A stretch of 39,157 bases of DNA, from assembly GCA_040219255.1 (NCBI GenBank), contig JAVJSW010000076.1, positions 1-39,157 of the forward strand, in the 5' to 3' direction. Positions 1 to 9,263 of this stretch are shown piece after piece. Both the position numbers and the translations under genes were made by a program. Every line of letters starts with the position of its first letter. Positions within the stretch are counted from its first letter, which is position 1. The stretch comes from Sumerlaeia bacterium (GTDB lineage Bacteria > Sumerlaeota > Sumerlaeia > SLMS01 > JAHLLQ01). The notes beneath the pieces are model-generated. The model did not search any database. It saw only the letters and a program-made list of their open reading frames with translations, and was not told where the DNA came from.

Positions 1-194
1 GTATAAAATGAGGAGGCAGAATCGCACAGGACCCCGGCGATGGTCAAGATGGGGCTCGTAGGACGTTTACGACTGGAGAGTCTGTGCTACAAGAAGGTCC
101 GTCGCTGGTGCGGCGCCTGGTTCGAGAAGCGCCGCTGGCCACGGCCGGGACGGTCGTGTTACCTTGAGGTTCGTTTCGTTCGATCCCTCACGCC

Positions 195-223
195 TTGACA
201 GGCACGAGCCTCGCTCTTCTGAT
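195..223 (+). promoter_or_regulatory. Putative sigma70-type promoter for trpB
   Basis: Perfect TTGACA at 195-200, 17-bp spacer, TCTGAT at 218-223 (4/6 match to TATAAT). GGAAGGA RBS-like sequence at 269-275 ahead of ATG 285. Confidence 0.45.
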
Positions 224-284
224 GGAACGGTGTGACGGCACCCCGATTTGACCCCACCCCCCCGACCGGGAAGGATCGCCTCCG

Positions 285-1505
285 ATGGCTCAGATGGATA
301 CGATGGAAACGACGACGGCTCGCCCCGATACAAAGGGCCGCTATGGGCCCTTTGGCGGGCGGTTCGTGCCGGAGACGTTGATGCAGACGCTCCTGGACCT
401 GGAGAAGGAATACGCGGCGGTGGCCGGCGATCCGGATTTTCAGGCGCAATTGCACGAGCTGCTGACCGAGTACGCGGGGCGTGAGACGCCTCTGACGCGG
501 GCCAAGCGGTTCGAGGAGTCCCTAGGCGGGCGATTCAAGGTGTACCTCAAGCGTGAGGATTTGCTGCACACCGGCGCGCACAAGTTGAACAACACGCTGG
601 GTCAGGCGCTCCTGGCGCAACGGCTGGGCAAGCGCAAGATCATCGCGGAGACGGGCGCCGGCCAGCATGGCGTCGCCACGGCCACGGCCTGTGCGCTGAT
701 GGGTCTGGAATGCACGATCTATATGGGCGAGGAAGACATCGAGCGCCAGCGCCTCAACGTGTTCCGCATGCGGCTGATGGGCGCCCAGGTGGTGCCGGTG
801 ACGAGCGGCACGGGGACCCTGAAAGACGCGACGAACGAGGCGATGCGCACCTGGATGTCGAACTGCGACGACACGCATTATATCATCGGTTCCTGTGTGG
901 GGCCGCACCCCTTCCCGATGATGGTGCGCGATTTCCAGAGCGTGATCGGTACGGAAGCGCGCGCGCAAATCTTGAAGAAAGAAAATCGCCTGCCGGACCA
1001 CATCGTGGCCTGTGTCGGTGGCGGCAGCAACGCCATGGGCATCTTCCATCCGTTCCACGACGACACGAGCGTGAAGCTGTGGGGCGTGGAGGCGGAGGGC
1101 GAAGGCATCGCCACGGGTCTGCACGCGGCGACCATCGGCGCGGCTCAGATCGGCGTGTTCCATGGGTCGCGCAGCTATGTGCTGCAAACCGAAGACGGCC
1201 AGATCGTGCCGGCCCACAGCATCTCAGCGGGCCTGGATTATCCCGGCGTCGGGCCGGAGCACAGCTTCTACGCGTTCAGCAAGCGGGCAAAGTACGTCTC
1301 GATCACGGACGACGCGGCGCTGGCGGCGCTGCGGGCCATGAGCGAACTGGAAGGCATCATCCCGGCTCTGGAAACGGCCCACGCCATCGCCCAGATCATC
1401 CGCATGGCGCCCGAAGTGAAGGACGGCGAGATCGTGATGCTCTGCTTCTCTGGCCGCGGCGACAAGGACGTGTACAGCCTGCAAGAGCACATCGACCTGG
1501 TGTAA
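285..1505 (+). CDS. trpB: Tryptophan synthase beta chain
   Basis: [16 protein letters not shown]-terminus, PLP-lysine motif [58 protein letters not shown]. Confidence 0.98.
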   Translation: MAQMDTMETTTARPDTKGRYGPFGGRFVPETLMQTLLDLEKEYAAVAGDPDFQAQLHELLTEYAGRETPLTRAKRFEESLGGRFKVYLKREDLLHTGAHKLNNTLGQALLAQRLGKRKIIAETGAGQHGVATATACALMGLECTIYMGEEDIERQRLNVFRMRLMGAQVVPVTSGTGTLKDATNEAMRTWMSNCDDTHYIIGSCVGPHPFPMMVRDFQSVIGTEARAQILKKENRLPDHIVACVGGGSNAMGIFHPFHDDTSVKLWGVEAEGEGIATGLHAATIGAAQIGVFHGSRSYVLQTEDGQIVPAHSISAGLDYPGVGPEHSFYAFSKRAKYVSITDDAALAALRAMSELEGIIPALETAHAIAQIIRMAPEVKDGEIVMLCFSGRGDKDVYSLQEHIDLV

Positions 1506-1700
1506 GGCGCCGCCCGGCTGCGTGCCGGACGGAAAGCACTTCAGGACGACCTCCGGCTCAAGACGAACCTTGGCGGGGACTTTGGCGTGTCCGCTGGCTC
1601 CAGCGATTTTCACTCTCGTCGGGAACACCTTGTGGCTGGATCGGCAGGCCGGAGGCACCCTGACGGGGGCTGGGTTTTCGTCATGGGGAGGGATGGGATG

Positions 1701-1880
1701 TCAGGTGCGGGAGCGCGGGGTTTCTTCCGGCCGATCCACCCCGCTCGCATACTCCTCGCGGGTCAGGCGATAAAGCACGGCGCGTTTGTCTTCGCCGGGA
1801 AAGTGCGGTTCATCGTATTCTTCGATGAACCGCAGGCCGCATTTTTCCATGACTCGGATCGAGGCGCTGTTGGCTCGCGT
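1701..1880 (-). pseudogene. C-terminal remnant of a RimJ/RimL-type GNAT acetyltransferase
   Basis: Minus strand reads ...RANSASIRVMEKCGLRFIEEYDEPHFPGEDKRAVLYRLTREEY...RT*, matching the N-x-x-S-x-R-V-x-E-K-x-G motif and the terminal Y-x-L-T-R-E-E-Y of that family. The N-terminal two-thirds is absent. Not listed in the ORF track. Confidence 0.6.
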
Positions 1881-1922
1881 GGGCGGCGCTCCGCAAGAGG
1901 GAAAGAGGCGGACGCGCCCGCC

Positions 1923-2333
1923 TTACTTGCCGAGGATTTTTGGGGCGAGCGTCACGCTCTCGCGGCTGGAGCGGGTGGTGATGTATTTGGGGACGGCGGC
2001 GGAGGAAGCGGAACGGCGGTTGTCTTCGATTTTGGGGATGGGCGGCAGTTCGACCGCGGGCTCCTCCTGGGGGGAATTGGCCGGGGGCATGGTGGGGGCT
2101 TTCGCGGCGCGGCGGGTGGTTTCCTCCCGGCGCTTGCGCATTTCATCGGCGATGACGAAGGCCCGCAGCCGCAGTGAGCTTTCGCTCAGCAGGTCGGTGA
2201 GGTCGTCCTCGTGATTGGCGGGGGCGTTGCCAGCCTTTGGCCGATCAGGGCAAATCCCTCGCGGGGGAGGGGGAGTCTTGGATTTCAGTTCCTTGGTGGC
2301 GGAAATCCAGTCGGTCAACCAGTTGGAACTCAT
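1923..2333 (-). CDS. Hypothetical protein, 136 aa, Pro/Arg-rich
   Basis: ATG start, divergent from the gene at 2564. The long plus-strand ORF over it looks like an antisense shadow. No recognisable motif. Confidence 0.45.
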   Translation of the reverse strand: MSSNWLTDWISATKELKSKTPPPPRGICPDRPKAGNAPANHEDDLTDLLSESSLRLRAFVIADEMRKRREETTRRAAKAPTMPPANSPQEEPAVELPPIPKIEDNRRSASSAAVPKYITTRSSRESVTLAPKILGK

Positions 2334-2482
2334 GGGAGCGGGATTCCTTCGCGGCGCGGAGTGTCGGGCCTGCCGCGCAACAGAGGGCTAGTCGCCTCTT
2401 GGACCGCGGGTCTTACACCGATGGACGAGAAGATCGTTGACTCGGTTAAGTTTGCCCCGTCAGGAAACATTAAATTTCGTTC

Positions 2483-2514
2483 ATTTTCCGATTTTCCGTT
2501 GCCAATCCGATCCG
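2483..2514. promoter_or_regulatory. Tandem direct repeats in AT-rich divergent intergenic region
   Basis: ATTTTCCG twice (2483-2498) and ATCCG twice (2505-2514) between the divergent starts at 2333 (-) and 2564 (+). Confidence 0.3.
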
Positions 2515-2563
2515 TGCCGTCCCACATTATTCCATCATCATTTTGTATTTTGGGAAGTCTGCC

Positions 2564-3157
2564 ATGAAGTCCGTTCGCCACCTGCCCCTGTTCGCCGCCG
2601 CAGCGGCCGTTGGCCTCGCGCTCCCCGCGCTGGCCCAGCTCACCATTTCCGGTTCGACCTTTGAACCGAGCGGCGTGGCGTCGGGCGGTGGCCTGACCAT
2701 GTACGGCATCGTCGGCCAGCCGGACGCTCAGCAAGCGAGCGGCGGCGGCCTGACCCTGAACGGCGGTTTCTTGACGCCTGGCCTCGACACGCCGTTGCTG
2801 GTCGAACTGGCTAGGTTCGACGTGGTGCCGCAGGGCAACGGCGCCCAGCCGCTTCTGACTTGGGAGACGCTGGCGGAGATCGACAACGCCGGCTTTCACG
2901 TGTACCGCGCCGAGCCTCTGGGCGGCGGCTGGGTGCGGGGCGAGCGGCTGACGGCGGGACTCATTGCGGCGGAAGGCCTCTTCGGGTCCGGCGCCACCTA
3001 CACCTTCGCCGACCCCGAGGCCTACGCCTACGGCTCGGGCGAGCGCGCCTACTTCCTGGAGGACGTGGACCTGTCGGGCCGCGTCACGCTGCACGGCCCG
3101 GTGTTCCTGAACGAAGCGGGCGAGGCGGCGTCGGTGCGCGATTGGTCGCTGTTCTAG
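2564..3157 (+). CDS. Secreted protein: signal peptide, GQP/GGF Gly-rich module, Ig-like 'PLLVELARF...LTWET...DNAGF' domain, C-terminal DWSLF
   Basis: Signal peptide MKSVRHLPLFAAAAAVGLALPALA|Q. Module SGGGLTMYGIVGQPDA..SGGGLTLNGGF. Domain with WETLAEIDNAGFHVYR, YTFAD and YFLEDVDLSG, typical of extracellular proteins. ATG 2564 preferred over TTG 2543. Confidence 0.85.
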   Translation: MKSVRHLPLFAAAAAVGLALPALAQLTISGSTFEPSGVASGGGLTMYGIVGQPDAQQASGGGLTLNGGFLTPGLDTPLLVELARFDVVPQGNGAQPLLTWETLAEIDNAGFHVYRAEPLGGGWVRGERLTAGLIAAEGLFGSGATYTFADPEAYAYGSGERAYFLEDVDLSGRVTLHGPVFLNEAGEAASVRDWSLF

Positions 3158-3190
3158 GCAAATTCCCCGCGCGTCCGGGTGGTTGCACCC

Positions 3191-3619
3191 ATGAAGCCCC
3201 GAGTCCCACAGACCAAGCACTTCCCGCGGGCGACCAGCTTCGACGCCTCCCCCGCATCCTACCTTCCCCCCAGCATGCACATCGTCGCCGTCGATAATCA
3301 GACGACCGACGTGCTGACAGTGGACGTGCGGATTTCCGGCTTTGCCACGGTGCCGCCGGACTTCGCCTGGATCCCGCACACGGACCAACCCACATCGGCC
3401 GGCCTCAGCGTGCTCAGCCCCCATTTCATGACCGAACCCATTGAGATCACCACGGTGAGCGGCAGCTCGGCAACGACCGAGACCTGCGTGATGACGTTGA
3501 CCTTCGACCTCGAAGACGAATACGGCGATCCCTTCGGCAGCAACCTGAACACCGTCGAGATTCAGGCGCGCGACGATTCCGCCCACGATTTCGCCGCAGC
3601 CTTCTATATCGCCAAGTAG
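3191..3619 (+). CDS. Hypothetical beta-rich protein
   Basis: Open frame with strong G/C third-position bias between two plus-strand genes. Thr/Ser/Asp-rich, no signal peptide. Start uncertain (3179, 3191 or 3275). Confidence 0.6.
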   Translation: MKPRVPQTKHFPRATSFDASPASYLPPSMHIVAVDNQTTDVLTVDVRISGFATVPPDFAWIPHTDQPTSAGLSVLSPHFMTEPIEITTVSGSSATTETCVMTLTFDLEDEYGDPFGSNLNTVEIQARDDSAHDFAAAFYIAK

Positions 3620-3668
3620 AAGAACCGCAACCCTTTGACTCCTCCCAGGATAGGTCAGCCCCCCTCCG

Positions 3669-4694
3669 ATGCTCGCACCGCTCGCCCAACTATCCTCCGC
3701 CTTCCGCGTCCTCGCCGCCGGTGCCATTGTGCTGGCGATGGGGGCGGTGGGCTATGCCCAGGACGGCGGGGCGAAGCAGAAGCAGGAGGGGGAAGAGAAG
3801 GGAAACTCGCCGACGAGGATGTTCATTTATCTGTCGGATGTGAATGGGGTGTATGGGATGGAGGCGTTTCCAGACACGGCTCCTCCATTGCCGGGTCAAA
3901 AGGTGACGTTTTGGGTCTATGAAGGCGATGGCATCTATAGTGACCCGATCAATTATGCCACGGTTCGCGGGGTCGATTTCCTGGATTCTAGGGTGACTTT
4001 CAATACTCCGTTCTTCTTTGAGTTCTACTCGGATGTCACAGGTCCAATCGCCGGGTTATGGGCTGGAAATGTTGGATATTTAAACTCTCTCTCTTTTCCC
4101 TCTTGGACTATTCCTGTTGATGGTGAGGAGGTTGGTATGACTTTTGAGGGAATTAGTACAACAGGGGTCTACAAAGACAAGACTGTTCTGTTCAATATCG
4201 TACCTAGAATAGCAGATCGACTCTCTGAGCCGAGCATGACGGCAATTTATAGAGAAGTTCCTACTCATAGTGATCTGTCTATAGACATTGTAATTAAGTA
4301 TTTAGAGGGGAATGATCTTCATGGCTCTGAAGATACAGAGCTTCATACGCGATTGGGAGTAAATCAAGCGGGTGTGGCAATTGTATGGGGTCCGGAAAAC
4401 ATTCCGTCAGGATCATTTTACTTGGGTCATGAATTGCCGCTGGGGCCAGTTTCTTTATCAGTGGCGGTGGAGGATCATGGTGTTTTTGTCTACAAAAATA
4501 TAATATCAGTTAATAATTTGTATAACGTTAGTTACACTGCTTCTCCGGACTCTTCTCAGAATATGAAGCCTTCTGAGGTACCTCTTTTGGGCGAAGTCGC
4601 AATACCGCCAAAACCTTGGCCCGTCAGTCCAAATGCCAAGTTCTTCACGCCCTTAGCCTTCTACACAGACCTTCATGGGGTTCTAATCGAATGA
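3669..4694 (+). CDS. Hypothetical secreted protein with low-GC 3' two-thirds
   Basis: 341-aa ORF. Hydrophobic signal-like segment VLAAGAIVLAMGAVGYA|Q. Stop overlaps the next start (ATGA, 4691-4694). Confidence 0.75.
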   Translation: MLAPLAQLSSAFRVLAAGAIVLAMGAVGYAQDGGAKQKQEGEEKGNSPTRMFIYLSDVNGVYGMEAFPDTAPPLPGQKVTFWVYEGDGIYSDPINYATVRGVDFLDSRVTFNTPFFFEFYSDVTGPIAGLWAGNVGYLNSLSFPSWTIPVDGEEVGMTFEGISTTGVYKDKTVLFNIVPRIADRLSEPSMTAIYREVPTHSDLSIDIVIKYLEGNDLHGSEDTELHTRLGVNQAGVAIVWGPENIPSGSFYLGHELPLGPVSLSVAVEDHGVFVYKNIISVNNLYNVSYTASPDSSQNMKPSEVPLLGEVAIPPKPWPVSPNAKFFTPLAFYTDLHGVLIE

Positions 4695-5347
4695 AAACAA
4701 AAACAGTGAAACCCTTATTCTTCCTAACCCCACTCTTGGCAGCTCTGTCCATGACTGCCCAGAGCCAGGACGAACTGCTCCAAGAGACGCAGCGTCTTTC
4801 CGTGGGTCAGCTTTCCGGGCTGAATTTCGCGACGGATTGGGATGCCGTGTTGAGACTTCCGGCCAGCGGGGAGGAAGTATTGCCTTACAGCTATGTGCGG
4901 TCCACTTCTTCCGCCACAGACACGAGCCCCCAGATTTTTGCTCCCCTTAATACCATGGTGGTGTACGAAAATGATCCTGGCGAGCAACAACTCCAGTTTG
5001 GAGTAGGTCCTGTGTTGGTACCTGAGGTTTACGCCCACCGCTCCCTCGCGTGGGTGAAGTCGGCGTGGCTTTCCACGCTGGCGCACTTGGACAGCGACAA
5101 CAACGACTCGACGGGAACGCGGGCGGCGGCCGACCGGACGACGTACGATCCGGAGACTCCGATCCGGATTCTCGGCAGCCTGCAGCAGGCCCTCCTTCGC
5201 CGCGCCGGCGATGCCTACGACAACGTCGTGGGCACGGGCGGCGCGGGGTCCTTCGTGCCGCCGCAGAACACCACCGGCAGGTCCGCGAGCGCTTCGGTGA
5301 GCCCGGCGAAATCGAGTGTGGGCAGGGCGCGCCGGGCCTGGGTGTAG
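4691..5347 (+). CDS. Hypothetical secreted protein, possibly 3'-truncated
   Basis: Signal peptide MKTKTVKPLFFLTPLLAALSMTAQS|Q. ATGA translational coupling to the upstream gene. Last 133 bp overlap the convergent radical SAM gene. Confidence 0.6.
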   Translation: MKTKTVKPLFFLTPLLAALSMTAQSQDELLQETQRLSVGQLSGLNFATDWDAVLRLPASGEEVLPYSYVRSTSSATDTSPQIFAPLNTMVVYENDPGEQQLQFGVGPVLVPEVYAHRSLAWVKSAWLSTLAHLDSDNNDSTGTRAAADRTTYDPETPIRILGSLQQALLRRAGDAYDNVVGTGGAGSFVPPQNTTGRSASASVSPAKSSVGRARRAWV

Positions 5348-6018
5348 GAGCACCAGGCGGCGGTTTTGTCCCAGGCGATGGAGGCGAAGCGGGGGCTCTT
5401 GCCACAGGTGAGGAGGCAGCTCATGCTTTGAAAGCGGCCGCCGGGGGGTTGGCCGGCGACGCGGGCCATGTCGCGGGGGGTGGGGGTGTCGCGCACGCGC
5501 ATGGGCAAGTACACGATGCGGTCGTTGCCGATGCCGGATTGGCGCAGGCGGTCGGCGGCGGCTTCGGCGGCGGCGAGGTTGGCGCGGCTGGCGACGAGGT
5601 TCACGCCGCTGCGGATGCCGAGGCTTTGCAGGCGGTGGACCTGGGCGATGACGCGGGCGACTTCGTCGGGGCGTTCGGGAAAGTGGACGCTGACGTGGAC
5701 TTTTTCCGGCGCGGCTTCGGCGAGGCGATCCCACAGCGCGGGGTCGCGGTCGAGGGGCAGGCCGTTGGTGGTGAGGCTGCGGAACAGGCGGCCGCGCAGG
5801 GCGCCGAGGACGTCGAAGAGGGGCGGGTATTGGAGCGGTTCGCCGCCGCCGAGGGAGACGGCTTTGAGGCCGTGGGCGGCGCAGTCTTCGACGAAGGCGA
5901 CGAGTTCCTCCGGGGCCCAGACGGTTTCGCCGCCGGGGGCGCTGTGGTTGTAGCAGAACCAGCAGGCTTTGCCGCAGCGGTTGGTGACTTCGATGGAGAG
6001 AAGATGGGGGGCGGTCAT
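5215..6018 (-). CDS. Radical SAM protein
   Basis: CxxxCxxC (TNRCGKACWFCY), GGGEPL and TTNG motifs. Extra C-terminal Cys residues (SCLLTCG, WCSY, FCG). Confidence 0.92.
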   Translation of the reverse strand: MTAPHLLSIEVTNRCGKACWFCYNHSAPGGETVWAPEELVAFVEDCAAHGLKAVSLGGGEPLQYPPLFDVLGALRGRLFRSLTTNGLPLDRDPALWDRLAEAAPEKVHVSVHFPERPDEVARVIAQVHRLQSLGIRSGVNLVASRANLAAAEAAADRLRQSGIGNDRIVYLPMRVRDTPTPRDMARVAGQPPGGRFQSMSCLLTCGKSPRFASIAWDKTAAWCSYTQARRALPTLDFAGLTEALADLPVVFCGGTKDPAPPVPTTLS

Positions 6019-6210
6019 GGCGGGTGATGCTGGCGCGGAGGGTCGGGGCCTCGCGAGAGAAAGTTGAGGGTGAAGGGGGGCGTCCGGATGCCTGGGTGTG
6101 TCTTTCGATAGCGCCTTGGCATTGTGCGCGCTTTAGTTGGGAGCCGGGTTTGGCGTTCCCAACCCGAGATGCCGATTTTTCGGCACCATGCGATTGGCTG
6201 ACCCTGGACG

Positions 6211-7896
6211 ATGTACCTTCCGAAATGGCGGCGGATGAAGCGCCGCAAGGAACTCTTCAAGCTCTTGATCAAGCACGGCCGTGCGGAGTTGTCGGCGCGG
6301 TCGGGGTTGAACTCCATTCCCCCGGCGGACGACGCGGTTCCCAACCGGTCTCAGGAGGAGCACGCGCTGGAGGTGGCGCGGGACCTGGAGCAGCTCGGGC
6401 CGACGTTCATCAAGCTGGGGCAGTTGCTTTCGACCCGCGCGGATTTGCTGCCGCCGGCCTATTTGAAGGCGATGTCGCGGCTTCAGGACGATGTGGCGCC
6501 GTTTCCGTTCAGCCAGGTCAAGGGCATCATCGAGCGCGAGTTGCAGCAGGGTCTGCATGAAGCTTACAAGTCCTTCGACCCCGAGCCGATCGCGACGGCG
6601 TCGCTGGGTCAGGTGCACCGGGCGGTGCTGCACAGCGGCCGCGATGTGGTGGTGAAGGTGCAGCGGCCCAACATCCGCGAAGGCATTATCGACGATTTCG
6701 AGATCCTGACGGGCGCGGCGGAGTTGGTGGAGAAATACACCGACTTCGGCGAGCGCTATCGGCTGCGGAGCGTGATCCGGGAATTACGCGGGTCCGTTAT
6801 CAACGAACTGGATTACCAGCAGGAAGTGCATAACTTCAAGATTCTCAAGCGCAACCTGGCAGCCTTCGAGTATATCTTCGTGCCGGAAGCGATCGAGGCG
6901 CTCTGCACATCGAAGGTGCTGACGATGGATTTCGTGCCGGGCGTGAAGGTGACGGAGGCGACGCCGGAGGTTCTGGCGGCGATCGATGGGCCGCGGCTGG
7001 TGGAGGAGTTGTTCAACGCGTATTTGAAGGGTTTCCTGATCGATGGGTTTTTCCACGCCGATCCGCACCCGGGGAACATCATCCTGACGCCGGGGGGGCG
7101 GTTGGCGCTGATCGATTTGGGGATGGTGGGGTGGTTCACGCCGTCGTTCCGGTCGCTGCTGGTGAAGTTGCTGCTGGCGATCAGCGAAGGGCGCGGAGAC
7201 GACGCGGCGGAGGTCTGCATCCGGATGGGCGAACCGGGTCCGGAATTCCAGCGTTCGAGTTTCGTTCGGCGTGCGGGGCACCTGGTGACGCGGCACCGCG
7301 ACGCGAACGTGCGCGACATCGACGCGGGGCGGGTGGTGCTGGAGATCATGAAGATCGCCGGGGCGACGGACCTGATGCTGCCGGAGAGCCTGACGCTGAT
7401 GTCAAAGGCGCTCCTGAATCTGGACAAGGCGGGGCATTTCCTGGCGCCGCAGTTCAGCCCCAACGAAGCGATCCGGAAGCAATCGACGAAGATCCTGGAG
7501 AAGCGGGCGCTGAATTACGCGTCGGTGCCTCGCATGTTCGGCAACGCGCTGGAAACGATCGATTTCCTGGAAACGCTGCCGAACCGGGCGGACGTCATCC
7601 TGGAGCGGCTGGCCAAGAACGAGTTCCGGCTGGATGTGGACGCCATCGACGAGGCGCGACTGCTGCGGGGCATGCACAAAATCGCCAACCGAATCACGGC
7701 GGGGCTGGTGCTGGCGGCGCTGATCATCGGGGCGGCGCTGATCATGAACATCGAGTCCTCGGTCACGATCATGGGCTACCCGGCCTTCGCGCTGTTTCTG
7801 TTCACGGTGGCGGTGGCCTGGGGCCTGCTGCTGGTCCACCGGATTTTGTTCTCGGACGCGGCGGACGAGAAGAAGGCGCGCCGGAAGCGGTACTGA
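6211..7896 (+). CDS. UbiB/AarF (ABC1) family atypical protein kinase
   Basis: LGPTFIKLGQLLSTRADLLP, ATASLGQVHRA, VVVKVQRP, ELDY, FFHADPHPGN, LIDLGMVG, and two C-terminal TM helices. Confidence 0.95.
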   Translation: MYLPKWRRMKRRKELFKLLIKHGRAELSARSGLNSIPPADDAVPNRSQEEHALEVARDLEQLGPTFIKLGQLLSTRADLLPPAYLKAMSRLQDDVAPFPFSQVKGIIERELQQGLHEAYKSFDPEPIATASLGQVHRAVLHSGRDVVVKVQRPNIREGIIDDFEILTGAAELVEKYTDFGERYRLRSVIRELRGSVINELDYQQEVHNFKILKRNLAAFEYIFVPEAIEALCTSKVLTMDFVPGVKVTEATPEVLAAIDGPRLVEELFNAYLKGFLIDGFFHADPHPGNIILTPGGRLALIDLGMVGWFTPSFRSLLVKLLLAISEGRGDDAAEVCIRMGEPGPEFQRSSFVRRAGHLVTRHRDANVRDIDAGRVVLEIMKIAGATDLMLPESLTLMSKALLNLDKAGHFLAPQFSPNEAIRKQSTKILEKRALNYASVPRMFGNALETIDFLETLPNRADVILERLAKNEFRLDVDAIDEARLLRGMHKIANRITAGLVLAALIIGAALIMNIESSVTIMGYPAFALFLFTVAVAWGLLLVHRILFSDAADEKKARRKRY

Positions 7897-7904
7897 GGCC
7901 GAAG

Positions 7905-7944
7905 CGCCCCAGGCGAAGGAGGGGCGGTTTCCTTTTTCCCTTTT
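7905..7944 (+). terminator. Putative rho-independent terminator
   Basis: CGCCCC / GGGGCG stem (7905-7910 / 7921-7926) with a 10-nt loop, followed by GTTTCCTTTTTCCCTTTT, just after the kinase stop. Confidence 0.45.
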
Positions 7945-8012
7945 CACGCTCGCGGCCTTCGGGCTTGGTGAGGGCCGAGCCCCGATGCATCCCGACCCGA
8001 TAAGTTGGTTCC

Positions 8013-9224
8013 ATGAGCACTTTCGATCCGAACAATCCGCCCCAGCGCCCCGAAGACGAGGAGCCGGGACCTCGCGCGCCGGAGGGCGCCGAGCCCCAAC
8101 CGGCTTCCGAGGGACAGGAGAGTTTGACGTGGCAGCGGCCGGAGGATGGCTCGCCGGTGTACGGAGCCGATCCGGGGGCGGAGCCTCCGGCGGAGCGGGG
8201 CGCCCAGGAGTGGCGGCCGGAAGGGGCGCCGGAGCAGCAACCCATGGATTTCCAGGCACCCGCGGATTTCCAGGCGCCGCCTTATGGACCCCAAGCGGGA
8301 GCCGCCCCCGCCCCAAATTGGGGAGGTGAGTCGACGCCGGCTGAGATTTCCGCCGGGCCGCCGCCACCGCCGGTGCTCGGTCCGGCCATGCCGCCGGGCT
8401 ATCAGCCATCGGCCTACGACCCGCCCCAGGCTCAAGCGCCACCGCAAGAGCCGGCCTGGTGGGCGCCTCCGGCCGATTCGGCGCCCCGGGAAAATCTGGC
8501 GGAAACGCCTCCGACTCCGACCGATGTGCCTCAGCAACCGGCCGCCGGTCCGACGCCGCCGCCGAACTCTTCGCCGCCGCCGCCGGCTCCGGTGGCGCCC
8601 CCTCCGAACTTGCCCCCGGCCTATCGGCCACCCGCGCCCCCGCAGTATCAAGCGCCCCATGGACCTCCGCCCCCCGGCGGCCAATACGGAGGCTATGCGC
8701 CTCCCCAGCAAGGCGGTTATCCGCCGCCCGCGAGTTTTGGTGGCGACGCCCCCTATGGGCAGCAGCCACAGCCGCAGCCCCACCAGCAGCCCGGCCAGTA
8801 CGAAGGTTACGGGCAGCAGCCTCCGCAGCAGCAACCGGGGCCCTATGGCTACGATCCCTATGGCCAGCCGCCGGGCGGGCCTTATGGGCAGCCGCCTTAT
8901 TATCAGCCGGTGGATATCGGCCAACTGAACCAATCGAAGCACATGGCTTCGTTGGGGCTTACGATCGCGGCGGTGCTGGCGGTGTGCTGCTGCTGGCCGA
9001 TTTCGATGGGTTGCGGGGTCGGGGTGGTCGCTCTCTCTCGCAGTGCCCAGAACAAGGCCCGCGCGTACGGACAGGAAGACGGGCAAGCGAGCATTTGGCA
9101 GTGGGTCGGCTGGGCGATCATCGCCATTTCGTTGCTGATGTTCATCACCAATCTGGTCCTGACAATCTTGTATCCGGACATGATGGATCAGACCCTGCGC
9201 GATCTCGGTTTTCCGGTCGACTAG
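8013..9224 (+). CDS. Pro/Gln/Gly/Tyr-rich membrane protein with C-terminal two-TM (DUF4190/CD225-like) domain
   Basis: About 300 aa of low-complexity P/Q/Y/G sequence (PYGQQP-like units), then MASLGLTIAAVLAVCCCWP...AQNKARAYG...WVGWAIIAISLLMFI. Confidence 0.85.
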   Translation: MSTFDPNNPPQRPEDEEPGPRAPEGAEPQPASEGQESLTWQRPEDGSPVYGADPGAEPPAERGAQEWRPEGAPEQQPMDFQAPADFQAPPYGPQAGAAPAPNWGGESTPAEISAGPPPPPVLGPAMPPGYQPSAYDPPQAQAPPQEPAWWAPPADSAPRENLAETPPTPTDVPQQPAAGPTPPPNSSPPPPAPVAPPPNLPPAYRPPAPPQYQAPHGPPPPGGQYGGYAPPQQGGYPPPASFGGDAPYGQQPQPQPHQQPGQYEGYGQQPPQQQPGPYGYDPYGQPPGGPYGQPPYYQPVDIGQLNQSKHMASLGLTIAAVLAVCCCWPISMGCGVGVVALSRSAQNKARAYGQEDGQASIWQWVGWAIIAISLLMFITNLVLTILYPDMMDQTLRDLGFPVD

Positions 9225-9263
9225 GGCGGCGCCCAAGAACTTCCCAACGAAAGAACCGGCACC

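Noticed and set aside
1587-2177. 196-aa plus-strand ORF
   Set aside because: Reads as the antisense of the minus-strand hypothetical gene and the GNAT fragment.
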